64,000 bases of DNA from Candidatus Latescibacterota bacterium (GTDB lineage Bacteria > Latescibacterota > UBA2968 > UBA8231). The position numbers and the translations under genes were made by a program. The stretch covers positions 1,091,044 to 1,155,043 of the forward strand of contig CBDFJF010000002.1 of assembly GCA_965248265.1 (NCBI GenBank), read 5' to 3'. Under the pieces are notes generated by a model that was not told where the DNA came from, searched no databases, and worked only from the letters and a program-made list of their open reading frames with translations. Numbering within the stretch: position 1 is the stretch's first letter; each line of letters begins with the position of its first letter. Positions 61,520-64,000 of this stretch are shown here, piece by piece.

Positions 61520-62671
61520 TCAGGGCAGGGCCTCGAAAAGGCGATCGATGTCGTCGTGGTTGTTGTACACCGACGGTGACAGGCGCATCTTGTTGCCGAA
61601 GCGCATGGCGATGTGAACGTCGTTGTTGCGGCAGCTGGCCATGGCTCGATCTGGGTCGGGCGCCACAAAGGCGACAATCGGGCTCTCGTTTCCCCTGGGA
61701 GTGATCGATTCGTACCCGCGCTGCGGCAGCTCCTCCTGCAGGCGCCCGGTCAGCTCCCGCGCATGATTGCGGATGTTCTCGACTCCCAGGTTCAGGATGT
61801 ATTTCACGCTCTCCCGCGCGCAGATGACCCCTTCGTAGGAGGGGTAGCTGACCTCGTACGCGCCGATCCCGGACGACGGTGAAAACGAGATCTCATCGCC
61901 GTCCAGGCCGGAATTCTCGCTCCAGGGCGGGTAATTGTACGAAACCCCGCCGGTGGGCTGGGACGGCTTGAGCACGGTTCCCTGCAGGCCGGAACGCACG
62001 TACAGAAACCCGAAACCCTTCACACCCATCAGCCACTTGAAGGTCGAGCAGGCGGCGAAGTCGATGCCCATCGCTTTGACGTCGATCGGCACGCATCCAG
62101 CTGCTTGCATTATGTCGACGTAGATGTACGCGCCGTGGTCGTGGGCGAGCTTGCTCAGGGCACTCACGTCGGCGAGGTATCCGTTGATGTTGGAAACGAG
62201 GGCCACCGATATGAGCCGCGTGTTACCATCGACCGCCTGTCGCATCGCGTCCATGTCGATCTGCCAGTCGCGGTTCTTGACGACGCGCACGTCGAGGCCC
62301 TGCTGCGCGCGAAACTTGTAGTTGCCGACACAAGGGTTGAAGTTCAGATCGGAGATGACCACGTTTCCGCCCTGGAGGTGGTCATTCAGTCCATTCAGGA
62401 TGTTGCTCTCCGATTCCACCGTGCTGCGCGCGTGGGCGATCTCTGTGGGGTCGGCGTTGATGAGCTCGGCGAAAAGGATTTTCGCCTTGTCCCGCGGCTC
62501 GGCCCAGGCCGGCCACCAGGGCTCGCCGACATCGTGTGTGACCCACTCCACATAACGGTGCAGCGCCGCGGCCGAATGCATGCTGATCGGATGCGACGAG
62601 GCGTTGTCGAAGTAGGCCATCGTGCGCGCCCGCGGAAAATCCTCGCGGACCCTGTCGAATAGGTCGCTCAT
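61520..62671 (-). CDS. Class-V aminotransferase / PLP-dependent (cysteine desulfurase / isopenicillin-N-epimerase-like) enzyme
   Basis: AAT-V fold with a likely PLP lysine in ACSTFKWLMG. It is 383 aa. Confidence 0.6.
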   Translation of the reverse strand: MSDLFDRVREDFPRARTMAYFDNASSHPISMHSAAALHRYVEWVTHDVGEPWWPAWAEPRDKAKILFAELINADPTEIAHARSTVESESNILNGLNDHLQGGNVVISDLNFNPCVGNYKFRAQQGLDVRVVKNRDWQIDMDAMRQAVDGNTRLISVALVSNINGYLADVSALSKLAHDHGAYIYVDIMQAAGCVPIDVKAMGIDFAACSTFKWLMGVKGFGFLYVRSGLQGTVLKPSQPTGGVSYNYPPWSENSGLDGDEISFSPSSGIGAYEVSYPSYEGVICARESVKYILNLGVENIRNHARELTGRLQEELPQRGYESITPRGNESPIVAFVAPDPDRAMASCRNNDVHIAMRFGNKMRLSPSVYNNHDDIDRLFEALP

Positions 62672-62861
62672 ATTCGCCCCCCGTCGAAGTCCGGCTCCGC
62701 CCGAAACACTTGACTGCTCACGATAATATAGCTTCTATGGACAAACCCGAACGGATAGGAATGTGGAGTCATCGGTAGCTGCGCCTCGCCGGGCGGCCTG
62801 ACAGTGGAATCCATTCCTGCAATCGGCAGTTGAGCCCCATCCGGCTATTTTTCGATTACCA

Positions 62862-62896
62862 ACTTTCCACTACGTTATAATTATATTATAATTAAG
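62862..62896 (+). promoter_or_regulatory. AT-rich putative promoter/operator of brnTA. It has a direct repeat of TATAATTA.
   Basis: acgttataattatattataattaaggc lies immediately upstream of the BrnT start at 62899. Confidence 0.4.
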
Positions 62897-62898
62897 GC

Positions 62899-63186
62899 AT
62901 GGCAGATCTACAGTTTGAATGGGACGAAGCCAAAAACAAAGCGAACCAAAGGAAACACGGCGTTTCATTCGAGGAAGCCCAGACGGTTTTTTTCGACGAG
63001 CATGCTGTACAGTTCTTTGATGACGATGTGCTTGGAGAGGATCGCTTTCTGATGCTGGGATGCAGCGCCAGGCTCCGCGTTTTGATTGTCGTCCACTGCT
63101 TTCGAGATGAGGAGTCAGTAATCCGCATTATTTCTGCCCGCAAGCCCACGAGGACGGAGCGGTCCGAGTACCCGGAGGAGTCATGA
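62899..63186 (+). CDS. brnT: BrnT-family toxin (DUF497)
   Basis: MADLQFEWDEAKNKANQRKHGVSFEEAQTVFFDE...IISARKPTRTER is the characteristic BrnT sequence. Confidence 0.75.
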   Translation: MADLQFEWDEAKNKANQRKHGVSFEEAQTVFFDEHAVQFFDDDVLGEDRFLMLGCSARLRVLIVVHCFRDEESVIRIISARKPTRTERSEYPEES

Positions 63187-63407
63187 AAAAGGAATACGAT
63201 CTTTCCAGCATGAAGCGCCGCAAGAACCCCTTCGCCAGCCGACTCAAGAAACAGGTGACAATCCGCCTGGGAGTGGACGTAATCGAGTACTTCAAGGCGC
63301 TTGCTGATGAAACCGGCATGTCGTACCAGAACCTGATCAATCTCTATTTGCGCGACTGTGTATCCAGTAATCGCAAGCCGGTCCTGGAATGGGAAGAGGT
63401 CGGATAG
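63183..63407 (+). CDS. brnA: BrnA-family antitoxin (CopG/RHH-like)
   Basis: KRRKNPFASRLKKQVTIRLGVDVIEYFKALADETGMSYQNLINLYLRDC. It overlaps brnT by 4 bp. Confidence 0.7.
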   Translation: MKKEYDLSSMKRRKNPFASRLKKQVTIRLGVDVIEYFKALADETGMSYQNLINLYLRDCVSSNRKPVLEWEEVG

Positions 63408-63432
63408 ATCCGTGTCCCGGGGAGAGTCATCC

Positions 63433-63857
63433 ATGAAAACCGCTGTCGTTGCAGGAGTCGGACCGGGGCTCGGTGCCGCTCTGGTTCGCAAGTTCGTTGC
63501 TGAAGGTTGCCGGGTGGGCATGCTCGCCCGCTCGCCCGATTACCTGGAAGAGCTACAAGCTGAACTGGGCGAAGAGAACGCCCTGGCCGTTGCCGCTGAC
63601 ATCACGACGGATACCGCCGTAGTGTCCGCCTTCGCTCGAGTCAGGGATCGCTTCGGACCGGTCGACATTCTGGTCAACCACGCCAGCCTGTCGAACTGGA
63701 AAGGCCTCATGGACATAACACCGAAGGAGTTCGAGCGCGCCTGGCGCGTGACCGTTCTCGGAGCGCTGCATTGCAGCCGGGTGGCTGCAACCGACATGCT
63801 GGCCGACAATCGTGGTGGGACCATTCTCTTCACGGGAGCGACTTCATCCATTCGCGG
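63433..63857 (+). pseudogene. 3'-truncated short-chain dehydrogenase/reductase (SDR) gene. About 141 codons are present. It is cut where repeat copy 6 begins.
   Basis: MKTAVVAGVGPGLGAALVRKF (the TGxxxGxG Rossmann motif) ... FTGATSSIRG, after which the frame continues into repeat sequence. SDRs are normally about 250 aa. Confidence 0.6.
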
Positions 63858-63928
63858 GCGCTTAGTGAGGATAAGATAGGTTATCGTTACTAAGTCAGGC
63901 GGCGTTTTTTGCAATTTGCCGCATTTTG
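63858..63928 (-). mobile_element. IS91-family terminal module, copy 6. Only the first 71 bp of the module are present.
   Basis: gcgcttagtgaggataagataggttatcgttactaagtcaggcggcgttttttgcaatttgccgcattttg is followed by unrelated sequence to the window end. Confidence 0.6.
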
Positions 63929-64000
63929 GGCTCCGCTTCATCCGATTGTTAGCTGGATACTTTATACGGATTAAGTTCACGCAGGATCAAATTACGCATA

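Noticed and set aside
43227-63928. CRISPR array as a reading of the regularly spaced repeats
   Set aside because: The repeat is 214 bp and the spacing is 3-6 kb with protein-coding genes between copies. No cas genes are present. This is incompatible with CRISPR.
43044-63980. Recurring small ORFs MLAKCGKLQKTPPDLVTITYLILTKR... and MPHFASIDGGSLWGDGRSTKAEASNSVLGAALSETG... at 43044, 46359, 49965, 53614, 59109 and 63540
   Set aside because: They are translations of the 214-bp repeated module and are identical because the DNA repeats. They lack start signals and overlap the transposase stop and terminal hairpins. They are not genes.

Overview
High-GC (about 60-65%) bacterial DNA with coding on both strands. 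I found no rRNA, tRNA or CRISPR. The window splits into two parts. Bases 1 to about 43100 are a mostly intact accessory/catabolic region. An IS3-family element (OrfA plus the start of OrfB) at the left edge interrupts an MFS transporter gene. Next comes a carbohydrate-type cluster. It holds four paralogous beta-propeller glycosidase-like genes (1562-3109, 8171-9658, 22193-23773, 33204-34655), a clear GH32 gene with an MFS sugar transporter, and four PhyH-family Fe(II)/2-oxoglutarate dioxygenase genes. One of the dioxygenases is fused to a HEAT-repeat domain. The cluster also carries an SGNH esterase, aldo-keto reductases and a 616-aa conserved protein. The same part carries three toxin-antitoxin modules (VapC/Phd-like, AbiEi/AbiEii, ParE/Phd), an orphan groEL, a secreted HExxH metalloprotease, an S9 peptidase, uxuA, a tyrosine phosphatase-like gene, and PQQ-type and PD40 propeller proteins. 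Bases 43227 to 64000 are organised differently and are the most interesting stretch. Six same-orientation copies of a roughly 214-bp module, 98-99% identical to one another, start at 43227, 46478, 50619, 53556, 59214 and 63858. Each module is followed on the inner side by a remnant of an IS91-family (HUH/Y2 rolling-circle) transposase gene. The remnants are 5'-truncated to different lengths (0, 29, about 60, about 100 and about 300 codons). At the outer, constant end, every copy abuts a different truncated gene: a ketopantoate-reductase fragment, a paralogous fragment of the 616-aa gene, a uxuA paralog fragment, an unknown gene and an SDR gene. Between copies lie 3-6-kb units carrying catabolic genes and a BrnT/BrnA toxin-antitoxin pair. 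These are enolase-superfamily, Gfo/Idh/MocA, Zn-ADH, CN-hydrolase, NAD-epimerases, sulfatase, CocE/NonD hydrolase, a class-V aminotransferase and a secreted sugar-binding protein. My interpretation is a tandem accretion array built by IS91-like (ISCR-like) rolling-circle, one-ended mobilisation. A repeat-driven assembly chimera must be excluded.
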